This document shows positions 10,545-19,425 of a stretch of 64,000 nt of DNA, one piece after another; the first letter of the stretch is position 1, and each line of letters opens with the position of its first letter. Source of the stretch: Dehalococcoidia bacterium (GTDB taxonomy: Bacteria; Chloroflexota; Dehalococcoidia; GIF9; AB-539-J10); contig JAUWOR010000006.1 of the NCBI GenBank assembly GCA_030612025.1, positions 26,043-90,042 of the forward strand, in the 5' to 3' direction. The notes under the pieces are model-generated. The model worked only from the letters and a program-made list of their open reading frames with translations, did no database searches and was not told where the DNA came from. Both the position numbers and the translations under genes were made by a program.

Positions 10545-10808
10545 TCATTTACGGTATGCTTCTCCACGATGACGGACATGATAAATGGTCACGACTTTCG
10601 TTTTGACGTCCACTTGGTAGATTACCCTGTAATCCCCAACTCGAATTCGATAATCTCGTTCTGAGCCTCGAAGTTTACGGCATTGTGATGGAAATAGATT
10701 TTCTACAAGGGACTCAACTGCTTGAATAATCCGAGGGATTTGCTGTGGATCAATATTCCGTAAGTCTCGCTCTGCTGACCCTTTCCATCGAATCTCATAA
10801 GAGGCCAT
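10545..10808 (-). CDS. RelE/ParE family type II toxin
   Basis: 87 aa. The RelE/ParE C-terminal signature is present (YRIRVGDYRVIYQVD...VVTIYHVRHRGEAY). It overlaps the upstream antitoxin gene. Confidence 0.8.
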   Translation of the reverse strand: MASYEIRWKGSAERDLRNIDPQQIPRIIQAVESLVENLFPSQCRKLRGSERDYRIRVGDYRVIYQVDVKTKVVTIYHVRHRGEAYRK

Positions 10809-10986
10809 CTTTTTCTAACTTCTTTTTGAGTTCTTCAAAAGTTATAGTAGGCTCATCTCTACGTTCAGCGATAATTGCAAGGTCATGAATATCTTCTAGA
10901 AGCTCTTCATATTCCTCAACCGGAATAATTACTGCTGTTTTTTGTCCTTTTTCATCTACAACATATTGCTCTTGAAATTTTGCCAT
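10795..10986 (-). CDS. Phd/YefM-type antitoxin
   Basis: 63 aa and acidic. Its 3' end overlaps the toxin gene start by 14 nt. A palindrome, AGTATATACT, lies about 40 nt upstream. Confidence 0.7.
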   Translation of the reverse strand: MAKFQEQYVVDEKGQKTAVIIPVEEYEELLEDIHDLAIIAERRDEPTITFEELKKKLEKDGLL

Positions 10987-11039
10987 GCTTGTCCTCCTGT
11001 TAGATTTTCAACAATTGAGTTCGTATAACTTAGTATATA

Positions 11040-11235
11040 CTATACGACTCAACTTCCATCACTGCTTGCTCAAAAGGGATAACTTCACCGCCGGAGACTT
11101 TGGCTGCGTCATAGGCACGAATAGAATCTAGCCCCTCAAGCTCCTGAGTAAATGATGGTAATCCTTCATATCAAGGACCACGCCAATACGATTGCCACTG
11201 TTATCCACTAAATATCGCTCTTTGATATTACTCAT
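11040..11235 (-). pseudogene. orphan, frameshifted antitoxin-like ORF
   Basis: Manual translation gives MSNIKERYLVDNSGNRIGVVLDMKDYHHLL...(frameshift)...QELEGLDSIRAYDAAKVSGGEVIPFEQAVMEVES. The antitoxin-like character of the protein is inferred. The reading frame breaks near position 11140, and no cognate toxin gene follows. Confidence 0.35.
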
Positions 11236-11258
11236 CCCTAGCTCCGTTTACATGGATT

Positions 11259-11447
11259 TTAGCACTGCTGATATTCAAATGCTAGCTGTAGGTTTATTTC
11301 CTTCGCGAGCAGGCTCGCCAGAACTACAGAATAGCGGACTATAGTTCCGCTTCCAGACTTTGCACTGCCATCTATGGTTATCATGTGCTGTTGTTTCTCC
11401 TCTTTGAAAAAGGCCTGTAACATTTTATATCTTTTGTTATACTCCAA
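11259..11447 (-). pseudogene. divergent 5' fragment of rtcA (partial duplicate)
   Basis: The ORF encodes ...MITIDGSAKSGSGTIVRYSVVLASLLAKEI, which matches the RtcA N-terminus. The stretch 11288-11390 is about 85-90% identical in nucleotide sequence to the 5' end of rtcA at 10400-10491. Confidence 0.7.
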
Positions 11448-11475
11448 AATACAATTTGCGCCTCTAAATGAGGGT

Positions 11476-11639
11476 GTTTAAAAATGTAGTTGCCCAATTT
11501 ATTGGGCGACTGTGCCTGATAAATCAGGCAACTACAAAAATTTAGGGTGAAACACCTCTGAGGTGGCTGAAATTGAACGGGAAATCAAAATTAAACAGCC
11601 TTTAAATAATTAGGAGGAAAATTTAAAAAGAGCCAAAAG
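11476..11639 (+). repeat. structured leader repeat, copy 1 (66-nt triple-hairpin core, then ~75-nt leader and RBS), upstream of the first PAC2 gene
   Basis: A near-identical inverted copy lies at 62756-62906. The core sequence is gtagttgcc-caatttattggg-cgactgtgcctgataaatcaggcaactac. It has two inner hairpins and one outer stem. Confidence 0.6.
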
Positions 11640-12554
11640 ATGGGAATAAGACTTTTTAAAGAGCCTGAGCTGGAAAAACCTGACCTGATTTGCGGCTGGC
11701 CAGGGATTGGGAATATTGGGCTAATTGCTGTTGATACCTTGAAGGGGGAGCTGGTAGCAGAAGAGTTTGGAGAAATAGAACCCTGGGACTTTTTCTACCC
11801 CAAGAAGGTCTCCGTCAGGGACGGTTTGCTCGAAAACTTAGAGTTCCCCACCAACAAATTTTATTATCAGCGGCTGAGAAGGAAAGATTTAATATTTTTC
11901 CTTGGAGAAGAACAGCCGACTGAGGGAGAGAGAGTGTACGCCACGGGAGAAAAGGCTTACCACATGGCCAATCTAGTTTTAGATGTAGCTGAAAAGTTTG
12001 GCTGCCAGAGAGTTTATACTTCAGGTGCCTGTGTTTCACCCATTCACCATACTGTGAAACCAAGAGTTATTTCAGTGGTAAGTTCTGAGAAGTTAGTAGA
12101 GGAGGTAATAAGGTACCAAAATACAATTTTAATAAGCGAAATGGGAGGAAGAGGTGAAGGGGTTATTACCGGATTAAACGGTCTTTTGCTGGCAGTGGCT
12201 AAAAAGAGGGGGTTAGAAAGTATTTGTTTAATGGGGGAGATACCAGATTGGCTTTCTGGTTCTCCCTTCCCCTATCCCAAGGCTTCAAAATCAGTGCTCG
12301 AGGTTTTTGCTGACATTCTCGGAATCAGAATTGATTTTATAGTTCTCGATAAGATGGTTGCCCAGATGGAAGAGGTTATTGAAAAGATCTATGAAGAATT
12401 CCCTTCAGAAATAAGGGAGCGATATGATGAAAGAAAGCTTATTGCCCAAGCTAAGCCAGGAGGGATAACTGAAGAGGATGCCAAATGGATTAAAGAGCAC
12501 ATTGATGAATTTTTTAAGAAAAGGGGGGAACAGGGTGGACAAAGCTCTGTTTGA
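11640..12554 (+). CDS. PAC2 (proteasome assembly chaperone-like) family protein
   Basis: 304 aa. The N-terminal motif LICGWPGIGNIGLIAVDTL is typical of the PAC2/DUF75 family. Confidence 0.65.
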   Translation: MGIRLFKEPELEKPDLICGWPGIGNIGLIAVDTLKGELVAEEFGEIEPWDFFYPKKVSVRDGLLENLEFPTNKFYYQRLRRKDLIFFLGEEQPTEGERVYATGEKAYHMANLVLDVAEKFGCQRVYTSGACVSPIHHTVKPRVISVVSSEKLVEEVIRYQNTILISEMGGRGEGVITGLNGLLLAVAKKRGLESICLMGEIPDWLSGSPFPYPKASKSVLEVFADILGIRIDFIVLDKMVAQMEEVIEKIYEEFPSEIRERYDERKLIAQAKPGGITEEDAKWIKEHIDEFFKKRGEQGGQSSV

Positions 12555-13353
12555 GCTCTATCAGTCTCCCCAGCTTCGCAACCCATCTTTGATTGTCGGT
12601 TGGCAGACCCACGATGTTGGGAAGTTGAGCTCTGAGGTTATCCATTTTTTGAATGAGAAACTGGAAGGTCAGCAAATTGCTGAAATCAAGCCCTCAGGCT
12701 TTTTCCCATTGGGAGGAGCAATATTTAAGGATAACTTGATCCAGGTTCCAGAAAGCAAATTCTGTGCTTGCCAGAAAAACGACCTCTTAATTTTTCAAAG
12801 CGAGGAGCCTAAATATGAATGGTATAAATTTTTGAATGCAGTTTTGGATTTTGCTCAACATTATTGTCATATCAAAGAGCTATATACCATCAGCGCGAGG
12901 CCCTCTCTTAGCGCCCATACTACTCCTCGGAGGATACTTACGGTTTACAATCAGCCAGAATTTCAAAAAACACTCCAAAGCTACGGACTAGAGGATATGA
13001 CCTGGGAAGGACCACCAGCCATAAGTAGTTACCTTCTGTGGGCAGCTGAAAGGAGAAGCATCCCCGGGATAAGCCTTTGGCCCGAGATACCATTTTACCT
13101 CGCTGCCGGAGAAGACCCCACAGCAATAAAGCTTACCCTTTCCTTTCTGGATAGCAGATTTAGCCTGGGGCTGGATTTGGGTGAGCTTGACTCGGATATC
13201 GGAAATCAGAATGAGAAAATAGCTCAGCTAAGAGAGGAAGATGCTGAAATCAATGAATATATCAACCGCCTGGAAAGTGGACTCAGCCTAAACGAAGAAG
13301 AGCAGGTAAGATTAGCCAGAGAAGTGTATGAACTTCTCGAGAAAAGAGGCTGA
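12478..13353 (+). CDS. PAC2 family protein, second tandem paralog. The start is uncertain and may be a downstream GTG or ATG.
   Basis: 291 aa with LIVGWQTHDVGKLSSEVIHFL, similar to the upstream paralog. The two ORFs overlap by 77 nt, so the true start is probably around 12505-12535. Confidence 0.6.
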   Translation: MPNGLKSTLMNFLRKGGNRVDKALFELYQSPQLRNPSLIVGWQTHDVGKLSSEVIHFLNEKLEGQQIAEIKPSGFFPLGGAIFKDNLIQVPESKFCACQKNDLLIFQSEEPKYEWYKFLNAVLDFAQHYCHIKELYTISARPSLSAHTTPRRILTVYNQPEFQKTLQSYGLEDMTWEGPPAISSYLLWAAERRSIPGISLWPEIPFYLAAGEDPTAIKLTLSFLDSRFSLGLDLGELDSDIGNQNEKIAQLREEDAEINEYINRLESGLSLNEEEQVRLAREVYELLEKRG

Positions 13354-13369
13354 ATTTGGTTGAGCCTCA

Positions 13370-13470
13370 AGGAAAAATCGCTCTCTTTCATCTACAACAT
13401 ACCACCTTGAAATTTTCTCATGCTTATTCCCCTGTTAGATTTTCACCAACCGATTTCGCATAACATTTTC
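13370..13470 (-). repeat. remnant of an antitoxin gene 5' end with its upstream region (a toxin-antitoxin cassette scar)
   Basis: The stretch 13379-13466 is about 85% identical to 10958-11030, which is the Phd antitoxin start and its upstream sequence. No intact toxin-antitoxin genes are adjacent. Confidence 0.4.
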
Positions 13471-13541
13471 GGCTTTCTGAAGTGCCAAGCATTTAGGCAA
13501 ACGAAGCGAGCCGCAAAGCCCGTGTTATGCGCAGTGCTGGC

Positions 13542-14150
13542 TTAGTTGGATGATTCATGTTCAAGATATGATTGGACTATGAGAGCGGCCTTAGATAGAT
13601 TCTCTGCGAAATGTCTAGGTTCAATTGGTAGTGTCCCCTCTTCTCTTCCTCCTTTACCAGTTTTGACCAAAATAGTCACACACCCCATGCTCTCGCCCGC
13701 TGCGATGTCAGAAGTTTTGTCGCCGATAAGAAAGCTTTTGGATAAATCAAGTTCGAAATCCTTAGCTGCTTCTAATAGCATTCCCGGCGAAGGCTTTGAG
13801 CACGGACAAGGGGAAACTGTTGGCGGCAGTTGGTTGGCTTCGAGATGCGGACAAAAGTAAAAAGCATCAATGTGTCCTCCGGCGTGCTCAACTCTGAATC
13901 GAAGCTGCGCATTGAATTGGGACATCTGCTCGCGTGTGAAAATGCCAAGTGCTATTCCTGCTTGGTTAGATAGAACGATAATATCGAGTGGGAGCGTCGC
14001 CAGAAGTCTCAGACCATCAATGGCCTTGGGAATAAACTCAAGCAACTGAACTTGGTGAGGAAAGTGCGAATCGACGTTGATGGTTCCGTCCCGGTCCAAG
14101 AACACCGCACGTCGATAATGTGCATTAGGCTTCGGGGGCCAATCTCTCAT
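13542..14150 (-). CDS. HAD-IIIA family phosphatase (GmhB-like D,D-heptose-1,7-bisphosphate phosphatase, or a histidinol-phosphatase-like enzyme)
   Basis: 202 aa. HAD motif I is present (AVFLDRDGTIN), as is motif III (LIGDKTSDIAAG). Confidence 0.7.
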   Translation of the reverse strand: MRDWPPKPNAHYRRAVFLDRDGTINVDSHFPHQVQLLEFIPKAIDGLRLLATLPLDIIVLSNQAGIALGIFTREQMSQFNAQLRFRVEHAGGHIDAFYFCPHLEANQLPPTVSPCPCSKPSPGMLLEAAKDFELDLSKSFLIGDKTSDIAAGESMGCVTILVKTGKGGREEGTLPIEPRHFAENLSKAALIVQSYLEHESSN

Positions 14151-14676
14151 GTGTCTTACTTCCTCCTTTTCTATGAAAGACTACAGTTATCACTATAGCT
14201 GCCAAGCCATAGGCTGCTGTAGCAACACTTAGAACTGTGCATCCGGCTTGCTCGATCTCTGTTAACCAAAGATACAGAAGTGATAGAGCACATACCGCCC
14301 ACAGCGCCACCAGGAAGAACCCCCGTCGAATTCCAGGCACCTCTTGAGTCTTATAGTACGTTTCCCATTCTTTCTCGGGAGGAGTTCCGCACAGACGAGC
14401 CAGTTCGGGTTCGATCTCCTCGCGAAGGTATTTTGCCAGAACCTCATGGACCCGATAGCTGTACAGAATTAGAACCGTGAAGTAGATAGAAACCAGTGGC
14501 GCAGCGATAAGAACCATACGAAGGCCAGTCGTAGAGAAAGAAATAGCTACTAAGACACCCAAAGCAATAGTTAGTTGGATTGAATATTTATCCCGTTGCT
14601 CGATCCGTCTTTTGGTCTCGTCCCGTATATCCTGTCGTAACGTTTCAAAATGAGCTATTGCCTTCTCTTCAGTCAT
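14125..14676 (-). CDS. hypothetical membrane protein
   Basis: 183 aa with about four predicted transmembrane segments. It overlaps the downstream HAD phosphatase start by 26 nt. Confidence 0.5.
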   Translation of the reverse strand: MTEEKAIAHFETLRQDIRDETKRRIEQRDKYSIQLTIALGVLVAISFSTTGLRMVLIAAPLVSIYFTVLILYSYRVHEVLAKYLREEIEPELARLCGTPPEKEWETYYKTQEVPGIRRGFFLVALWAVCALSLLYLWLTEIEQAGCTVLSVATAAYGLAAIVITVVFHRKGGSKTHERLAPEA

Positions 14677-14972
14677 TGAGGAATTCCTCGCGTTAGGCTA
14701 GCGCTCTAGCATCTGGCCAGCATTGCATATAACTCGTGCATAACCGCACTGCGTTTATTTTTCATTTAGCTCCATCCTATCCAATGGATTTTGGGGCCCC
14801 CGCACCATCTTATTGGAAACATAGGTCATCTTCCCTGCTTCTTTTTTAAGATGATCATTTTGCACAATTAGTATATACGAAATTCTCTTTTTGTTCAGTA
14901 GCTTATTGCACAGGTATTGGATGCCCTCACTATTTCCATTAAGCACTACAAAAAGTTACCTGCTAATTCCAG

Positions 14973-17900
14973 CTATCTTGAAATCTCGATGGTCTCTTTT
15001 TCAATATTCGCATAGAGGCTGTCTATCTTCTGTTGAACTTCCATTGTCTTTTTCAAAGCAGTTACAACCCGGCAGTAATGTTTTACATCCTCAAGAGATA
15101 CCTCCCGTCCTCTTCTATCCTTAAGCCACTTATCCAAGACCTGGTAACCACCAATTTGGTATTCCCAGACCTCTTTTTCTATTCCCTCAAAGTATTGATC
15201 ATTGTTGATGTAAACCCGCATTTCCTTTTCGCTATATCTTGGCCTCTCAACTTTATTATCACCACTGCCCTCAAATTTGGCAATTGGGTTATTTAGCTCC
15301 GCCGACTTTATCAGATGTAAATCAGCAAGCTTGCTGCCACATTTGCCTATCCTGTTAAACAATTCATGGTCTTTAGTAAAAGGCACTCTGGGGAAATCAA
15401 TTTTCAAAAATTCAGCGTATTTGCTGCGATAGATGTTGGAATAAAGAATGCTATATATGTAATAGAATATTTCCTCTGGAGTTGGTTCTTTGCCATAAGC
15501 CTCAGCTAAAGATTCGACCAGCTTGAGATTAAGGTTTGGCTTTCTTCTCCGAGCTTCCTCTTGGTTGAACATATCTCCTTTGCCTAGATAGAGGTAGAGG
15601 GGAAAGAGATAGCTAATTTCTCTCGTTTTGTTAGAAACAACGCAAGATTCGACAATATTTTCGCAAATAAAAGCATGGTGAAATCCTAGCGTATTTTGTC
15701 GGCAGGTCAATAACCCCAAGTTCTCCCTCATCATGTGGTGCATGACTTCTAAAAGGGGTCTTTCGACAACTATATTTGTATAGTAGATATTTCTCTTATC
15801 AAAAGGACGATATGAAATCTGAGTAAAGTATTTGTCCCAATTCTTATCTTTAGAAAGGGTCTCTCGCGATTTCCTAAACTTAAATGTGCTTGTATCCTTT
15901 AATTTGAAAGCCTGTTTAATAAGTTCATCCGGCATTGATAGATTTCTAAACATCACAATCTGCCTTTTTAAGACATCCCTATCAAAATCAATTACAAACT
16001 TGTCTCGTGCAGTAACAATGCCTACACAATTTATTGGGAAAACATCGGTTATCTTCCAGAATTTTTCGTAAACATTTCTGTAGGTTTCCGCTCTTGGGAC
16101 AAAGAAATAATATGGGCTATCTGGTTTTAGTTGTTGCCACTCGATTGTGTTCACATCATTCCCCAGAAGCCAATCATATTTATCTTTCTGCAAGCCCCAG
16201 AGTTCAGAATGGAAAACTTTCTTCTCTAAGCCCTTTCTTTTAATGAACAGTGAAATGGCAACTCCTTGTTGGATATCAAAAACATTTTCATCCTTAGAGC
16301 CATCAGGACATCTTTCCCTTTTTAGGCTGTTGCCGTGCAAATCCAATAGATAGAGCTCGTTAAAGCTATTCATCAAAGATTGACGCATTCCCCTAAAGGT
16401 CGGGCTATCCAGATAGCTATGATTGGTAATGAATCCCAAAACGCCTTCACCTGCTTGGTCTATCTTCCACTGGGCAAAGCGAATGAATTTAACATAGTCA
16501 TCTTGAAGCCACTGTTTTCTCTCACCTAACCACTGGCCATCTATTACCTTATAGTGTTCTATTAGTTCGCCAATCCAGGTTTTCTGCTTTATTTTCATTT
16601 TTCTTCTTGCCTCTTTTGTTTGAGGAATCAATTTATAACAGCCATTTAATTTATCCTCTTGAATCTGGTAATTAGTTACATATCTGTTCCCCTTCTCAAC
16701 AGTTACTTTCCTCTCGCTTAAATTTGCTGATATTCCCGAATATGGAGGATTCCCCAGAATAACTAGGATGGGCTCTTCCTTCTTTACCTTGCCAGCGAGA
16801 TGTGATTCCTCAGCCAGGGAAGCCATCCCTGGAAGAACAGTTTGCTCCAGTTCTTCCATTTCCAAAGTATTGGTAAGATAGAACTTGAAGCGCTCATCCT
16901 CACGGAGCTTATAGCCCAATTCTTCTAATAGCAGTGCCACCTTCAAATGTCCTAAGGCATAGGGAGCCATCATTAGCTCGAAGGCGTAAAAGTTCTTCAA
17001 GATATGCTCTTTGATAAAGCTCTCCTTTCCTCCCTTCCCATATTTGGCGATAAATTGCTCTAATGCCAATTTGCTTGCCTCAGCAGGGAAGGTCAGAGTG
17101 CCAGCGGCTGGGTCTAAAACAGTGACGGAATTGGAGGCAAATCCATCTGGTCTGTCAAAGCGCTCTTTGAGGATGATATCTAAGGAACGAACGATATAAG
17201 AAACTACTGATTCAGGAGTGTAATAAACGCCCCTTCTTTCCCTTTCCTCAGGATTATACTTAGCTAGAAAAGTCTCGTAGGAATAGTAAACAGGGTCTCT
17301 TCCTTTTGCTTCATGATAAAACTTGTCTAGAATCTCATTGACATCAGCCACTGCCAGAACCTGGGAAATCTCATCCACAATCCATTCCATTTGCTTGGGT
17401 AATTCTTCTAGGGAAATGAAGCTAAAAACATCTCGCAGGATACCAATAGTTCGGGGGATGTAGTCATAAGCTAGCTTGCGGTTAAAGCCATTTTTACAGC
17501 GAGTGCGGGCAGCAAAAAGCCCATAAGTGATAGTCTGAGCATATAAATCGGCAAAACCATCTTGGGTCAGCCCGGCAATGAGATATTTCTGAAATGCTTC
17601 ATAAAATCCAAGAACGGAGCTTCTCTCTTCTTTCAATTCTTCCACAATGACTTGTTCTTTTAAGAAGCTAGTCCTTTTTGCCAGTTCGACGGCTAAAGAC
17701 TCTGCTGTATAGGCCTTAGGGAGTGAGAAGGAGAGGAACTTATTTAGCAGATTGAGAAAACCATCCCTGTTCTCTACAGGAGGTACTGTTTTCAATTGAT
17801 GAATGATAAAGGGTCTAGCCAGCAAGGCTTTATCAACTAGCCTTCCATTGCGATACAGGCGAAATTCAAAGAAGTTGGTTAAGATGAGATTGGGAAATGT

Positions 17901-18188
17901 ATGTCTATAGCGCTTTAGCTGTTCACCGTTCTCAATGTAGTCAAGATTTTCTGTGAGAGGCTCTTTTGCCTCAATATAACCAACAATGTTTTGCCTCCCA
18001 TCCCAAACCCTGAAATCAGGGTTGCCTGCCTCAGTCTTCTTGGGCAAGGTGGTGATATGAATATGCTTTTTGTTAATAGAATCAGCAAGGGCCCTTAGGA
18101 GCTCCTCTAAACTTGAGTAATAGCTTTCCTCCCGAGCATCGCCAGTCTGGGTAACCTCATATAATCTCTTAAGGTATGTCTTTAGCAT
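14973..18188 (-). CDS. single-polypeptide restriction-modification enzyme, MmeI-like type IIL/IIG, with fused N-terminal PD-ExK endonuclease, N6-adenine methyltransferase and target-recognition domain
   Basis: 1071 aa. The N-terminus carries PDFRV...GYIEAKEP, a D-x(n)-EAK nuclease motif. Methyltransferase motif I (VLDPAAGTLTF) and motif IV (LGNPPYSG, NPPY, gamma-class) are present. The large C-terminal region fits a specificity domain. Confidence 0.75.
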   Translation of the reverse strand: MLKTYLKRLYEVTQTGDAREESYYSSLEELLRALADSINKKHIHITTLPKKTEAGNPDFRVWDGRQNIVGYIEAKEPLTENLDYIENGEQLKRYRHTFPNLILTNFFEFRLYRNGRLVDKALLARPFIIHQLKTVPPVENRDGFLNLLNKFLSFSLPKAYTAESLAVELAKRTSFLKEQVIVEELKEERSSVLGFYEAFQKYLIAGLTQDGFADLYAQTITYGLFAARTRCKNGFNRKLAYDYIPRTIGILRDVFSFISLEELPKQMEWIVDEISQVLAVADVNEILDKFYHEAKGRDPVYYSYETFLAKYNPEERERRGVYYTPESVVSYIVRSLDIILKERFDRPDGFASNSVTVLDPAAGTLTFPAEASKLALEQFIAKYGKGGKESFIKEHILKNFYAFELMMAPYALGHLKVALLLEELGYKLREDERFKFYLTNTLEMEELEQTVLPGMASLAEESHLAGKVKKEEPILVILGNPPYSGISANLSERKVTVEKGNRYVTNYQIQEDKLNGCYKLIPQTKEARRKMKIKQKTWIGELIEHYKVIDGQWLGERKQWLQDDYVKFIRFAQWKIDQAGEGVLGFITNHSYLDSPTFRGMRQSLMNSFNELYLLDLHGNSLKRERCPDGSKDENVFDIQQGVAISLFIKRKGLEKKVFHSELWGLQKDKYDWLLGNDVNTIEWQQLKPDSPYYFFVPRAETYRNVYEKFWKITDVFPINCVGIVTARDKFVIDFDRDVLKRQIVMFRNLSMPDELIKQAFKLKDTSTFKFRKSRETLSKDKNWDKYFTQISYRPFDKRNIYYTNIVVERPLLEVMHHMMRENLGLLTCRQNTLGFHHAFICENIVESCVVSNKTREISYLFPLYLYLGKGDMFNQEEARRRKPNLNLKLVESLAEAYGKEPTPEEIFYYIYSILYSNIYRSKYAEFLKIDFPRVPFTKDHELFNRIGKCGSKLADLHLIKSAELNNPIAKFEGSGDNKVERPRYSEKEMRVYINNDQYFEGIEKEVWEYQIGGYQVLDKWLKDRRGREVSLEDVKHYCRVVTALKKTMEVQQKIDSLYANIEKETIEISR

Positions 18189-18262
18189 TTTCTGACACTC
18201 GAACTCCGACCTTATTCATATTATAATACTTAAAGCTGAAAAAAGCATAAGCAGCTTGAGAC

Positions 18263-18469
18263 ATGTCTAGCTCAGGACAGAGAACCGGGATTGCCAATTT
18301 GCCACTTCACTATGGCAAAGTGCCTCCGTGGCTGTTTGGGCGGATGTGCCAGCTTGCTCGGGAGATAGCCATTGTCATTGTTGATGAATTTGGAGCTGAG
18401 GAGATGCTCCGCCGCTTCTTGAACTGTTTTCATCAGCCACCTCCTTTGTTGTCCTCAATAACATTATAG
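18263..18469 (+). pseudogene. divergent 5' fragment of the DUF763 gene
   Basis: MSSSGQRTGIANLPLHYGKVPPWLFGRMCQLAREIAIVIVDEFGAEEMLRR matches the N-terminus of the intact gene at 19426. Nucleotide identity is about 90% over 160 nt, and the sequences diverge after that. Confidence 0.7.
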
Positions 18470-18594
18470 GATGATAGTCAGCGCAATTTGAGTTTTCGCC
18501 AAATGTTCCCGGTGTAAAAGGAGTTCTGCGTAACCAGAATTTCGACGGGGTGAGGCGTAGTCTTTTATACCATGTTATACAAAAAGTGAGAGCA

Positions 18595-18936
18595 TCATTC
18601 TGCTTCTTCCAAAATTCGCAAAACTTTCGGTTTCAGCTCCGGTAAATCCCTTTCCACAACTGCCCAGACCCGCTCCAGATTTACACCAAAATATCCATGA
18701 ATGAGAACATCCCTCATTCCTGCAATCTGCTTCCAAGGGATATTGGGATACTTACTCTTAAAATCCTCGGGTATGTTCTTTACAGCTTCTCCTACAATTT
18801 CCAACCTTCGAATTATAGCATCTTGAGTCCGAATATCCTCCATAAAGTGTGCTTTGCTCATACCTTGAGAGTATTCCTCTATCCTGTCAGCGCTTTCCTT
18901 AATATCTTCGAGGAAAACCCTTATTTCTTTCTTCAT
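18595..18936 (-). CDS. HepT-like (DUF86, HEPN) toxin of a HepT/MNT toxin-antitoxin pair
   Basis: 113 aa. The HEPN motif R-x4-HGY is present in GMRDVLIHGYF. It is coupled to the MNT gene by an ATGA overlap. Confidence 0.8.
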   Translation of the reverse strand: MKKEIRVFLEDIKESADRIEEYSQGMSKAHFMEDIRTQDAIIRRLEIVGEAVKNIPEDFKSKYPNIPWKQIAGMRDVLIHGYFGVNLERVWAVVERDLPELKPKVLRILEEAE

Positions 18937-19220
18937 ACCACCGACACCTGTTCATTGAGAATCCGTTCTTTCAATAAAGGATGAATTGTAGAATATTCAA
19001 CAAGATCAACTTTTCTTCCTAACGCTTCCTCAAGTTCCAACTTCAATGCTACAAGATCGAGCAAACTTTTCTCTTCGGGCAATTCTACAAGGATATCAAT
19101 GTCGCTCCCTTCTTTCATCTCCCCCTTCACAAGGGATCCAAATACTGCAGCTTGCACAACGCCATGACCCGTCAATATAGGAACTATTTTGCTTCTAACT
19201 TCCTCAATGTATTTCTCCAT
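18933..19220 (-). CDS. MNT-type nucleotidyltransferase antitoxin
   Basis: 95 aa. The nucleotidyltransferase motif is present (AAVFGSLVKGE...GSDIDILVEL, i.e. GS...DxD). Confidence 0.8.
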   Translation of the reverse strand: MEKYIEEVRSKIVPILTGHGVVQAAVFGSLVKGEMKEGSDIDILVELPEEKSLLDLVALKLELEEALGRKVDLVEYSTIHPLLKERILNEQVSVV

Positions 19221-19425
19221 AATTGATCACCATTTCCATCTGATGCCGTCATTTCATATAACTTTAGTATATACGAAATTCGCTTTTTATTCAGTAGGTT
19301 ATCAGCATATACATATACTTGGGTAGCTGCTCCCTTTCAAAGCCAGCCGCACCTCTGGCAACTTTTCGTCATGCGGCAAATATCGGTCAAGGTAACGCTG
19401 TTGTATAATATCTGTAGAAAAGGAT

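Noticed and set aside
14755-14946. A 63-aa minus-strand ORF between the restriction-modification gene and the membrane protein gene.
   Set aside because: It overlaps the conserved toxin-antitoxin-promoter-like segment (14862-14905). It more likely belongs to the upstream region of the membrane protein gene than to a real CDS.
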